UHGV virus genome: UHGV-0269933
Direction: 5' to 3' (one strand)
Source of the DNA: a virus
DNA length: 13,616 nucleotides
Shown here: one piece after another, positions 6,984 through 13,616 of the stretch
Position numbering within the stretch: position 1 is the first letter of the stretch
Layout: every line of letters begins with the position of its first letter
Translations under genes and position numbers: made by a program
Notes under the pieces: generated by a model
Seen by the model: only the letters and a program-made list of their open reading frames with translations
Told to the model about the DNA's origin: nothing
Database searches by the model: none

Positions 6984-7348
6984 TTTGGAATGCCCCCGCT
7001 CATCTGGAATTTGCCGATCAGAGGATGGAACCAGTATGCAGAGCCATATTTGCGCTTAGCACTGCGCAGCACCAACCGTGCCGCTTCCCTGAACTTTTCA
7101 TCAGGTGCAACGAACCCGCCTGATTTCAGTTTAACCAGCATCACCCCTGTGTTTTTCGCCAGCTCCTCAGCCTTTTTGGTTGAGATACCGTATTCAGCAG
7201 CCAGTGTTGCTACTGGCGTCATACCCGGAGGGATTTCTCCGCCCTGACTATCGGTAAGTGATTTAACCTGAGCCTCAAGGCGCAAGACCTTCTCAACCAG
7301 CAGATCAACGCGGTTAGCCAGTTCGTTAAACTTCACATTGCTGATCAT
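6980..7348 (-). CDS. Hypothetical protein with N-terminal coiled coil and putative HTH
   Basis: 122 aa; TPVATLAAEYGISTKKAEELAK looks HTH-like. ATGA start/stop overlaps on both sides. Confidence 0.55.
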   Translation of the reverse strand: MISNVKFNELANRVDLLVEKVLRLEAQVKSLTDSQGGEIPPGMTPVATLAAEYGISTKKAEELAKNTGVMLVKLKSGGFVAPDEKFREAARLVLRSAKRKYGSAYWFHPLIGKFQMSGGIPK

Positions 7349-7572
7349 GGTCTTGCCTCCTGCGTTTCAGGGTCTGAAAAAGTAGAAATATCCAGTGAGT
7401 TTGCCAGTTCGTCAGAAAGGCGCTGAGCCAGGTGCGTTAAACTCATTACATGGATACGCTCCGCCTCCCCCTTGATAGTTGAAAGGTAAGCAGCACATGA
7501 CATGAGCGCAGCAACCTCTTGCGCCAGTAACAGCAAATCTTTTTTGCTGCGGTAGGTGTAAAAGTTATCCAT
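7345..7572 (-). CDS. Hypothetical small protein (75 aa)
   Basis: Start ATG at 7572 overlaps upstream stop (ATGGATAA). Track ORF 7345..7689 extends upstream without support. Confidence 0.5.
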   Translation of the reverse strand: MDNFYTYRSKKDLLLLAQEVAALMSCAAYLSTIKGEAERIHVMSLTHLAQRLSDELANSLDISTFSDPETQEARP

Positions 7573-7750
7573 TGAGCGCTCCCGTTTCATTCTGCTCCAC
7601 CATGCTTGCCGCAAGTTGATCCGATACTCGTCTGGCCAGACTGATAAGGTTTTCACGCTCAACCTGATCAACGTCGTACTCTTCGACAACCATCAACAAC
7701 GCAGCCAGTTCACAGGCTATTGACGCACTTTTATTGGTTAATTCACGCAT
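7565..7750 (-). CDS. Hypothetical small protein (61 aa)
   Basis: Start ATG at 7750 in ATGCGTGA overlap with upstream gene stop. Track ORF 7565..7912 is an upstream extension in another gene's sequence. Confidence 0.5.
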   Translation of the reverse strand: MRELTNKSASIACELAALLMVVEEYDVDQVERENLISLARRVSDQLAASMVEQNETGALNG

Positions 7751-8012
7751 GGCGCACCTCCTGAATAGCTGCGCTATCGAACTCCCAGCCACGGCGGGTG
7801 GTGTAATCGAAAAACGCAACGCGACAAGGAGACTGGGCGCGGATTTTGGCAGCGAAAACCAAATCCCAGCCGGGGAATGCAGAGCGGGCTTTATCTTCCG
7901 TATCAGCATCAAAGCGGAGCACTACAGGTGTGCATTTTGGGGTGTGGTCTGGGGTTGCCAGGAATAACCATGTAAATTCCGGGCGAGTTTGGGTATGCTG
8001 TTGATCAGCCAT
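7743..8012 (-). CDS. Hypothetical protein (89 aa), first gene of replication operon
   Basis: Start ATG at 8012 with GGAG SD ([13 protein letters not shown]...). The 318-aa track ORF 7743..8699 upstream of this Met is low-complexity, Cys/Arg/Ser-rich non-coding translation. Confidence 0.55.
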   Translation of the reverse strand: MADQQHTQTRPEFTWLFLATPDHTPKCTPVVLRFDADTEDKARSAFPGWDLVFAAKIRAQSPCRVAFFDYTTRRGWEFDSAAIQEVRHA

Positions 8013-8139
8013 AACTGTTACTCCGATTAACGGTTTGGTTAGACGCCCTGGTACTGCTCTAACAGTCCGGGGCGTTGCTTTTTGGTATGCACCTGCCATA
8101 CACTTGATTACCATTTCAAAGTAATCAGGTGTCAACCAA

Positions 8140-8319
8140 ATGTCAACCATAGAAATTAAAGCCAAAGGTAACAAGCAGATCGCATTACGCGTAGAACCAA
8201 ACCTAGAAGAAGGAATTAAACAGGCTCTGGCGCAAGATGGTGACGCTTCTGTATCAGCATGGATAAAGCGAATAATCCGCAAAGAGTTACAGCAGCGAGG
8301 CATTGAGCCGAAAAGCTGA
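8140..8319 (+). CDS. Small ribbon-helix-helix-like DNA-binding protein (59 aa), candidate island regulator/repressor; absent from ORF track
   Basis: ATG 8140 with AGGTG SD 9 nt upstream; stop TGA 8317..8319. KQIALRVEP strand plus two amphipathic helices fits Arc/MetJ/CopG topology. Divergent from the replication operon across a 127-bp region. Confidence 0.5.
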   Translation: MSTIEIKAKGNKQIALRVEPNLEEGIKQALAQDGDASVSAWIKRIIRKELQQRGIEPKS

Positions 8320-8499
8320 TACCCAAAATCTGGGTAACGGTCGAAACTACGGGAATTCTCCGGGGTATGCTGCATTGCAGTACACCCGGCACTCTGTTCC
8401 AGTTCTCCCCAGATTTGGGGAAATGGGGTATGCGCCAATGCCGTACACCCTAAACAGCCCAATTTCTGGGTAGTTTCACGTAACCGCGCCATTGACACA

Positions 8500-8519
8500 G
8501 TTCCTGTAATTACAGGAAC
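8500..8519. promoter_or_regulatory. 20-bp perfect palindrome GTTCCTGTAATTACAGGAAC adjacent to TTGACA; candidate operator
   Basis: Perfect dyad symmetry. TTGACA hexamer at 8492..8497 immediately upstream. Confidence 0.45.
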
Positions 8520-8588
8520 GCTCAGGCTTTGACCACCAGCATTAACCCTGGTATCCTGACTTTGCTTAATTTTTTGGTAGTGACATTG

Positions 8589-8616
8589 GCGGCCCGGCAT
8601 GGCCGCTTTTGTTTTA
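8589..8616 (+). terminator. Rho-independent terminator on + strand
   Basis: gcggcc-cggcat-ggccgc hairpin followed by ttttgtttta; ~270 nt downstream of the RHH gene stop. Confidence 0.55.
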
Positions 8617-8634
8617 TGTGACATTCCCCACCCC

Positions 8635-8844
8635 TCACGCTGCTTTGCTGCGGCTCTGCTGCCATGCTGTGACCTCAGAAAGAAGCCAACCAACGGCACG
8701 ACCTCCCAGCTTACGGCGGGCGGGAAAGCTCCCCTCTTTTTCCATCATGTATCGAGTGGTTCGACAAATACCGGTTAGCTGTCGGCACTCAGCCTCACGG
8801 ATAACTCTTTCTGCTGGCTGCTGGGATTGTTTAATATTGTTCAT
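8635..8844 (-). CDS. alpA: AlpA-family transcriptional regulator (prophage CP4-57-type)
   Basis: 69 aa from MNNIKQ; ...[43 protein letters not shown] is the AlpA HTH signature. The longer 81-aa reading would translate through a hairpin and has no SD. Confidence 0.75.
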   Translation of the reverse strand: MNNIKQSQQPAERVIREAECRQLTGICRTTRYMMEKEGSFPARRKLGGRAVGWLLSEVTAWQQSRSKAA

Positions 8845-8880
8845 AAAAAAATGCTCTCGTTCGCTAAGGTTCGAGAGCAT
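8845..8880 (-). terminator. Terminator-like hairpin with 9-bp perfect stem directly abutting the alpA start codon
   Basis: On the - strand, atgctctcg-aaccttagcgaa-cgagagcat followed by ttttttt then ATG of alpA. The 3' arm contains the only SD-like GAGAG. Confidence 0.45.
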
Positions 8881-8959
8881 TGTTATTCAACAAAATTATC
8901 ACCGCGACGGTGAGAAAAAAATTATATTCCTCTAAAGGAGTTACCCTTATTCAGTTATA

Positions 8960-9802
8960 TCAAGATAATTCTTTCCTGATTTTATCTAAAGAATCACTTC
9001 TTATGATTTTATCCAAGAAAGGTTTTACCGTTTGAGCTATGGCAAAGGACTCCTTTTCTCCATCCGGGAACAGGGATACTGCGAGTACGCCAAGAGATAT
9101 TTTGCTGTCGGTAGCGCTTTCCCATGACATCAAATCAATAAGTGGAATTATTCTGTAGTCAATTATTTTCCGTCTGACGCTCTCCCAGTCCCCTGAGACT
9201 GGCTTATCTGGTTCAGGTATTCCGAGTTCTTCGCGCCATTTTGGGAGGAGGTTCGTGAATGCTTCAATCAAAAGATCATCTCTGTTGTTTAAGTCAACAG
9301 TAATCATCACGTTTTCCACAACATCAGAAAGTAAGTTTACTGGCTCGCGCATGATAGCCCAAAACATACCGTTATCTGCTGTAAACAAATCCCCCACCAA
9401 ATCATCGTCAACTACTATTGGCTTTCCTTTCCAGTGACCTTTATCAGCATTGATTTTATTTAAAAATGCCAACTCAAATCTCATTAATGGTTTTATACCA
9501 TCGCCGTAACTTAATTTTAGCAAATCAGGCTGAGTCTTGTACTCGTATTCCTTTTGCTTTTCAAGAAACCATTCTTCTGCTTTGAGTTCCCCGAATGGAT
9601 CACCAAAATTATTGTTAAGCGGGTATTTAGCACCATATTGCAAACCATAGTCAGGGCAGTCTGTATTTTTTATTGCTAAATCATCGCATCGCCAATAGAG
9701 CTGACGAAACAAATCCTTATCAGACATATTTTCAAGGTCATCATATTTTTCCAAGCTGAATGACTTTGGTAAGTCTCTTTTACTGTTAATTTTTTTTGTC
9801 AT
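8960..9802 (-). CDS. Hypothetical protein (280 aa), AT-rich cargo gene translationally coupled to integrase; function unknown
   Basis: ATG overlaps the integrase stop codon (ATGA). Markedly lower GC than neighbours; acidic, Lys/Asp/Glu-rich; no motif recognised. Confidence 0.6.
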   Translation of the reverse strand: MTKKINSKRDLPKSFSLEKYDDLENMSDKDLFRQLYWRCDDLAIKNTDCPDYGLQYGAKYPLNNNFGDPFGELKAEEWFLEKQKEYEYKTQPDLLKLSYGDGIKPLMRFELAFLNKINADKGHWKGKPIVVDDDLVGDLFTADNGMFWAIMREPVNLLSDVVENVMITVDLNNRDDLLIEAFTNLLPKWREELGIPEPDKPVSGDWESVRRKIIDYRIIPLIDLMSWESATDSKISLGVLAVSLFPDGEKESFAIAQTVKPFLDKIIRSDSLDKIRKELS

Positions 9803-11022
9803 CTTGCGACCTCAAGAATAGTAACATTTGAGATATCAGAGGTAATAACCTCTAATCTCTGCATCCATTTATTCAGTGCATCCAGCTTTTCAGGTAAATA
9901 CTGACTGCGGTTATATACGGACATGACACCGCCCAGCGCATGGCCCAGAAGCTGCTCGACAACATGCGGAGCAATTCCCATGTTGTTCAGAGTCGTGGAA
10001 AACGTACGGCGTAGATCGTGAAGCGTCCACGGTTCAGAGTGGCCCAGACGCTTATACAACATCCTTCCCCACTGACTGACAGCTTCCGGTTTCTTTATCT
10101 CTCCAAGCAAAAGCCCTGTGCTTTGGTGCTGCTCTAAGAGCTGTTTGATAAATGGGCGGATATCTACGGGAATAGGACGTAGTATTTTCTCACCACCTTT
10201 GCTGTGCTCTTTAGGTACAGTCCAAACCCAATCACTTAGATCCCATTCGGTTACGCGAGACAATCTCAACTCCTGAGTTCGGCACCCAAACACTACTAGC
10301 AGACGTAGCAGCGAGGAGTAGTAGGGCTTGAATTTCAAGCCTGAACACTCCCGCCATATATCAGCCAGTTCTTGCCGGGTATGTTCCCTGTCCCGTTTAT
10401 TCTGTTTACGTCCAACATCATCAATGGTCAGATCGTCCAGGACATTACTCACCGCGTACCGATGAACACGGCAGAACTTGAGGGCTTGCTTACACATTTG
10501 CAGAAGATAGCCAGCAGCTACAGGAGCCTCATCTCTCACCCTGCTGAAACACTCCAGCCAGTGGCGGGTTTCGCACATAGAGAGGGGAAACGCCCCAATA
10601 TATGGGTAGATATGCTTATTGAGCTGTTCTATATGCTTTTCTACATTAGCCCGTTTATGAGATGCATATTCCCTTATCCAGTATTCAAGTGCCTCTTTTA
10701 CAGTTACCGGCTTAAGTGTTTCCTGTGTGGTGACAGTTAACTGGTGTTTCGGGTTCTTCCCCTCAGCAAGCCAGGCACGACATTGATCTCGCTTTGCCCT
10801 CGCGGCCTTAAGTGAAAGATCGGGATAGTTACCTAACTTCAAACGCTGAGGGGCAGTACTGCGTCCACCAATACGGTATGTAAAATACCAGGTCATTATG
10901 CCTATCTTTGACACCTTTACGCTCAGGCCATCACCATCAGCGTAAAAGCTATCACCGGGGCTTTCCCTCCCAACCATCTTGCGGAGCGATGTATCGCTTA
11001 ACTTGTTCGTTCCACCAGCCAT
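9799..11022 (-). CDS. int: Site-specific tyrosine recombinase, P4-type integrase (Arm-binding N-domain + catalytic domain)
   Basis: 407 aa. N-terminal ...DGDGLSVKVSKIGIMTWYFTYRIGG...LKLGNYPDLSLKAARAKRD arm-binding pattern. C-terminal HDLRRTFST...LGHALGGVMSVYNRSQY catalytic motifs, similar to P4 Int. GAGG SD. Confidence 0.9.
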   Translation of the reverse strand: MAGGTNKLSDTSLRKMVGRESPGDSFYADGDGLSVKVSKIGIMTWYFTYRIGGRSTAPQRLKLGNYPDLSLKAARAKRDQCRAWLAEGKNPKHQLTVTTQETLKPVTVKEALEYWIREYASHKRANVEKHIEQLNKHIYPYIGAFPLSMCETRHWLECFSRVRDEAPVAAGYLLQMCKQALKFCRVHRYAVSNVLDDLTIDDVGRKQNKRDREHTRQELADIWRECSGLKFKPYYSSLLRLLVVFGCRTQELRLSRVTEWDLSDWVWTVPKEHSKGGEKILRPIPVDIRPFIKQLLEQHQSTGLLLGEIKKPEAVSQWGRMLYKRLGHSEPWTLHDLRRTFSTTLNNMGIAPHVVEQLLGHALGGVMSVYNRSQYLPEKLDALNKWMQRLEVITSDISNVTILEVAR

Positions 11023-11044
11023 AAAAACCTCAGTTCATTTTTGG

Positions 11045-11068
11045 CACTGACTACACCACTGACTACAC
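11045..11068 (+). repeat. Tandem arm-type repeats CACTGACTACAC x2 (P arm)
   Basis: Perfect tandem 12-mer between the integrase start and the att core; homologous to the repeats at 69..90. Confidence 0.55.
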
Positions 11069-11195
11069 ATCTCAATGTTACTCTATGAACAGCAATGAAC
11101 AAAGGCAAACCAGAAAAACGATATTATCGTTATATATCATAATAATACACGAACAACAGCAAACATAACCGAACGGTAAAAAACGTAGGTTTTGA

Positions 11196-11213
11196 AAATA
11201 CGGCATGAACTAA
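11196..11213 (+). other. fis: Last six codons of fis (K-Y-G-M-N-stop) at the island/chromosome junction
   Basis: aaa tac ggc atg aac taa encodes the conserved Fis C-terminus. Stop lies 85 bp upstream of the yhdJ ATG. Sequence upstream is integrase leader, not fis. Confidence 0.5.
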
Positions 11214-11238
11214 TTCAGGTTAGCTAAATGCTTGATTA

Positions 11239-11276
11239 AAAAGGCGCTACTCGGCATGGGGAAGCGCCTTTTTTAT
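11239..11276 (+). terminator. attR-type direct repeat, the fis Rho-independent terminator
   Basis: Identical to 26..63. GC-rich hairpin followed by a T6 run, upstream of yhdJ. Confidence 0.8.
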
Positions 11277-11298
11277 AGGTGTCACAAAGGGAGTGACC

Positions 11299-12183
11299 AT
11301 GAGAACAGGATGTGAACCGACCCGGTTTGGTAATGAAGCTAAGACCATTATTCACGGTGATGCCCTTGCCGAACTTAAAAAGCTACCTACTGAAAGCGTC
11401 GATCTGATCTTTGCCGACCCACCGTATAACATCGGTAAAAATTTTGATGGTCTGATCGAAGCCTGGAAAGAAGATCTGTTTATCGACTGGCTGTTTGAAG
11501 TGATTGCAGAGTGCCACCGCGTTCTGAAAAAGCAGGGCAGCATGTACATTATGAACAGTACGGAAAACATGCCCTTTATCGATCTCCAGTGCCGCAAGCT
11601 TTTTACCATCAAAAGTCGCATCGTCTGGTCATATGACAGTTCTGGAGTACAGGCGAAAAAACACTACGGCTCCATGTACGAACCCATCCTGATGATGGTG
11701 AAAGACGCAAAGAACTACACATTCAACGGTGATGCTATTCTGGTAGAAGCCAAAACCGGATCGCAGCGCGCGTTGATCGATTATCGCAAAAATCCTCCAC
11801 AGCCATACAATCATCAAAAAGTACCGGGTAACGTCTGGAATTTTCCGCGCGTGCGTTATTTAATGGATGAATATGAGAACCACCCGACGCAAAAACCGGA
11901 AGCCTTACTGAAACGCATTATTCTCGCCTCTTCCAACCCAGGCGATATCGTTCTCGACCCGTTTGCCGGTAGCTTTACTACCGGTGCCGTAGCCATCGCC
12001 AGCGGACGAAAATTCATTGGTATTGAGATCAACAGCGAGTACATCAAAATGGGGCTTCGACGGCTGGATGTCGCGTCGCATTACTCCGCGGAAGAACTGG
12101 CGAAAGTGAAAAAAAGAAAGACGGGCAACCGGTCAAAACGATGCCGGGTTAGCGAAGTTGACCCCGATCTCATTGCAAAGTAA
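11299..12183 (+). CDS. yhdJ: DNA adenine (N6) methyltransferase YhdJ
   Basis: 294 aa from MRTGCEPTRFGNEAK...; DPPY motif (FADPPYNIG); C-terminal SAM-binding motif DPFAGSFTTG. SD AAAGGGAG. Track start at GTG 11293 is less likely. Confidence 0.9.
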   Translation: MRTGCEPTRFGNEAKTIIHGDALAELKKLPTESVDLIFADPPYNIGKNFDGLIEAWKEDLFIDWLFEVIAECHRVLKKQGSMYIMNSTENMPFIDLQCRKLFTIKSRIVWSYDSSGVQAKKHYGSMYEPILMMVKDAKNYTFNGDAILVEAKTGSQRALIDYRKNPPQPYNHQKVPGNVWNFPRVRYLMDEYENHPTQKPEALLKRIILASSNPGDIVLDPFAGSFTTGAVAIASGRKFIGIEINSEYIKMGLRRLDVASHYSAEELAKVKKRKTGNRSKRCRVSEVDPDLIAK

Positions 12184-12266
12184 AGGAAGTGTAAGCCTGG
12201 TTTTCAGATTATTCATTTCGTGTATATTTCCTGCCAGACTTGGTTAAACATGCACAGGCTCAGGTA

Positions 12267-12446
12267 ATGATTCGCAAGTATTGGTGGCTCGTCGTTTTCG
12301 CTGTCTTCGTTTTTCTGTTTGATACTTTACTGATGCAGTGGATTGAACTGCTGGCAACAGAAACAGACAAATGCCGTAATATGAACTCAGTTAATCCACT
12401 AAAACTGGTTAACTGTGACGAACTGAATTTTCAGGACAGAATGTGA
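12267..12446 (+). CDS. yhdU: Small membrane protein YhdU
   Basis: 59 aa from MIRKYWWLVVFAVFVFLF... with one hydrophobic helix; conserved position between yhdJ and envR. Confidence 0.75.
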   Translation: MIRKYWWLVVFAVFVFLFDTLLMQWIELLATETDKCRNMNSVNPLKLVNCDELNFQDRM

Positions 12447-12448
12447 AT

Positions 12449-13111
12449 TTACATGACACTTAATTCATTCGTTTGATGAATTAATTTCGTTATGTTTTCA
12501 TCTGGCATGAACATTCTTAATACGTTATCGACCAGCGCGGGTGCTTGTTTATAAAGATCATAACCCGCCATATTCATTAACCAGTTTTGAACAATTCCGC
12601 TGAAGGCACCATCAATAATAATCATCACAACATCTAAATCGAGGTTATTTGCTACACAACCTTGTTGCTGACACGCCTGCAATACTTCGCGGAGAGTCTG
12701 CGGATTAAAGCCCATCTTTTCGCGTATCACTCCCTCGGCCAGCATCTCATCATTAAATTCACATTTGTGATATAAGATTTTCAGCAACGCCTGCTGGCGG
12801 GGAATTTTGGCAATATATTGCAAGCCGACAATCAATTTTTCACGCAATTGTTGAAACGGGTCATGCTCTAATCCAGCCGTCAAGTGTTCCTGGATTAACT
12901 CCCGCAATGAAGGCTGTTGCAACCACATCTCATTAAACAGTTGAGTCTTGTTTTCGAAGTGCCAGTAGATAGCGCCACGCGTAACGTTAGCAGCGTCGGC
13001 AATGTCGTTGAGCGTCGTCTTGCTTACGCCATGCTGCGCAAACTGGGCGATGGCAGTTTCAATCAGTTCTTGCCGGGTCTTCAGAGCTTCGGCTTTGGTT
13101 CTTTTTGCCAT
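12449..13111 (-). CDS. envR: TetR-family repressor EnvR (AcrS) of acrEF
   Basis: 220 aa, N-terminal TetR HTH (TRQELIETAIAQFAQHGVSKTTLNDIADAANVTRGAIYWHF). Divergent from acrE. Confidence 0.9.
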   Translation of the reverse strand: MAKRTKAEALKTRQELIETAIAQFAQHGVSKTTLNDIADAANVTRGAIYWHFENKTQLFNEMWLQQPSLRELIQEHLTAGLEHDPFQQLREKLIVGLQYIAKIPRQQALLKILYHKCEFNDEMLAEGVIREKMGFNPQTLREVLQACQQQGCVANNLDLDVVMIIIDGAFSGIVQNWLMNMAGYDLYKQAPALVDNVLRMFMPDENITKLIHQTNELSVM

Positions 13112-13509
13112 GATTAATTATTCAGGAAATAAATATATTCGACACAGGGTGAGAAAATAGCGAAGGTTAATCTATCATCTAATGTGTATTTATACGAGAG
13201 GGTAACATTAAGTTGCTATAAATCGTCAAATAAATAATATATATTATTTACCTAAAATACATTCGCCACATGAATATATATTTCAATTTACGAGGTTTTA
13301 ATTCTACCTCTTTCAACCCGCGTCAAAATAAAACAGTAGAATATTAATCTTTTTTTGTGTTTATGTGCCTTGAGACGCCAGTATTCATAACTATTCCTTA
13401 CATCGACGAATGATAATTTGTAGGATAGCAAACTGTATTTTTCTTTCTGCGAGTTAACGCGTTGCCTTTCTGGGTAAATAACGCGCTTTTGGTTTTTTGA
13501 GGAATAGTA

Positions 13510-13616
13510 ATGACGAAACATGCCAGGTTTTTCCTCCTGCCCTCCTTTATTCTGATCTCCGCGGCTTTAATCGCCGGTTGTAACGATAAGGGAGAAGAGA
13601 AAGCTCACGTCGGTGA
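13510..13616 (+). CDS. acrE: Multidrug efflux periplasmic adaptor lipoprotein AcrE, 5' partial (runs off window)
   Basis: MTKHARFFLLPSFILISAALIAGCNDKGEEKAHVG: lipoprotein signal peptide with lipobox LIAGC. SD GAGGA. Confidence 0.85.
   Translation, partial: MTKHARFFLLPSFILISAALIAGCNDKGEEKAHVG

Larger units (their letters stand above)
64..11238. mobile_element. Integrated P4-family/PICI-like phage satellite island between fis 3' end and yhdJ
   Basis: Flanked by perfect 38-bp direct repeats (26..63, 11239..11276). Tyrosine integrase at the right end, alpA, replication module with iterons and capsid genes inside. Core genes yhdJ/yhdU/envR/acrE follow immediately on the right. Confidence 0.8.

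Noticed and set aside
5711-7247. Multiple ORFs on both strands within the helicase gene (5711..5923, 5814..6308, 6145..6486, 6310..6495, 6366..6551, 6404..6697, 6552..7247, 6853..7059)
   Set aside because: All overlap the RepA-like helicase or the 122-aa gene in alternative frames or antisense; translations are low-complexity.
7565-7967. Extended 115-aa and 114-aa - strand ORFs (7565..7912, 7345..7689) and + strand ORF 7734..7967
   Set aside because: Upstream parts overlap neighbouring genes in other frames. Internal Met starts that overlap the preceding stop codons give a consistent coupled operon.
7743-8699. 318-aa ORF on the - strand spanning the RHH gene and intergenic region
   Set aside because: Only the last 89 codons (from ATG 8012, with SD) look like protein. 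The upstream 229 codons are Cys/Arg/Ser-rich, lack a start context and run antisense to a well-formed + strand ORF and structured non-coding DNA.
8609-8935. 108-aa + strand ORF
   Set aside because: Antisense to alpA and the terminator hairpin; no SD.
9255-10740. + strand ORFs 9255..9437 and 10372..10740
   Set aside because: Antisense within the 280-aa gene and the integrase gene respectively.
11629-12047. Small - strand ORFs inside yhdJ (11352..11621, 11629..11817, 11856..12047) and + strand ORF 12917..13117 inside envR
   Set aside because: Antisense to well-supported conserved genes.
12240-12266. N-terminal extension of yhdU (68-aa reading)
   Set aside because: The 59-aa form from MIRKYWW is the conserved YhdU length; the extension has no SD.
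13288-13521. 77-aa - strand ORF in the envR-acrE intergenic region
   Set aside because: Lies in the AT-rich divergent promoter region and overlaps the acrE start; composition typical of non-coding DNA.
1-13616. tRNA or tmRNA gene as integration target
   Set aside because: No cloverleaf-compatible sequence next to either att repeat; the repeat is a protein-gene terminator next to the fis 3' end.

Overview
The window holds an ~11.2 kb integrated P4-family / PICI-like phage satellite island (about 64..11238), followed by core chromosome yhdJ-yhdU-envR(acrS)-acrE'. The right flank matches the E. coli-type fis/yhdJ locus, and the last six Fis codons (KYGMN-stop) sit at 11196..11213. The island is bounded by a perfect 38-bp direct repeat (26..63 and 11239..11276) that is also the fis terminator hairpin, with tandem arm-type repeats CACTGACT(A/G)CAC just inside each end. 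Reading right to left it carries: a P4-type tyrosine integrase; a translationally coupled AT-rich 280-aa gene of unknown function; alpA; a structured non-coding region; a 59-aa RHH-like ORF missing from the ORF track; a five-gene translationally coupled operon ending in a RepA/AAA_25-type helicase; a GCCGCACTTAG repeat cluster; a stand-alone P4 alpha C-terminal-domain homolog; a cluster of about 12 P4-type TGTTCACC iterons; lambda gpE-like major capsid and gpD-like decoration genes with no portal, protease, scaffold or terminase; a second AlpA-family gene; a decayed IS66-family element; and an Abi_C-like candidate abortive-infection gene at the left end. All assignments rest on reading the sequence and recalled family signatures; no database search was run. 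Many ORFs in the six-frame track are antisense or non-coding artefacts and are listed as rejected.
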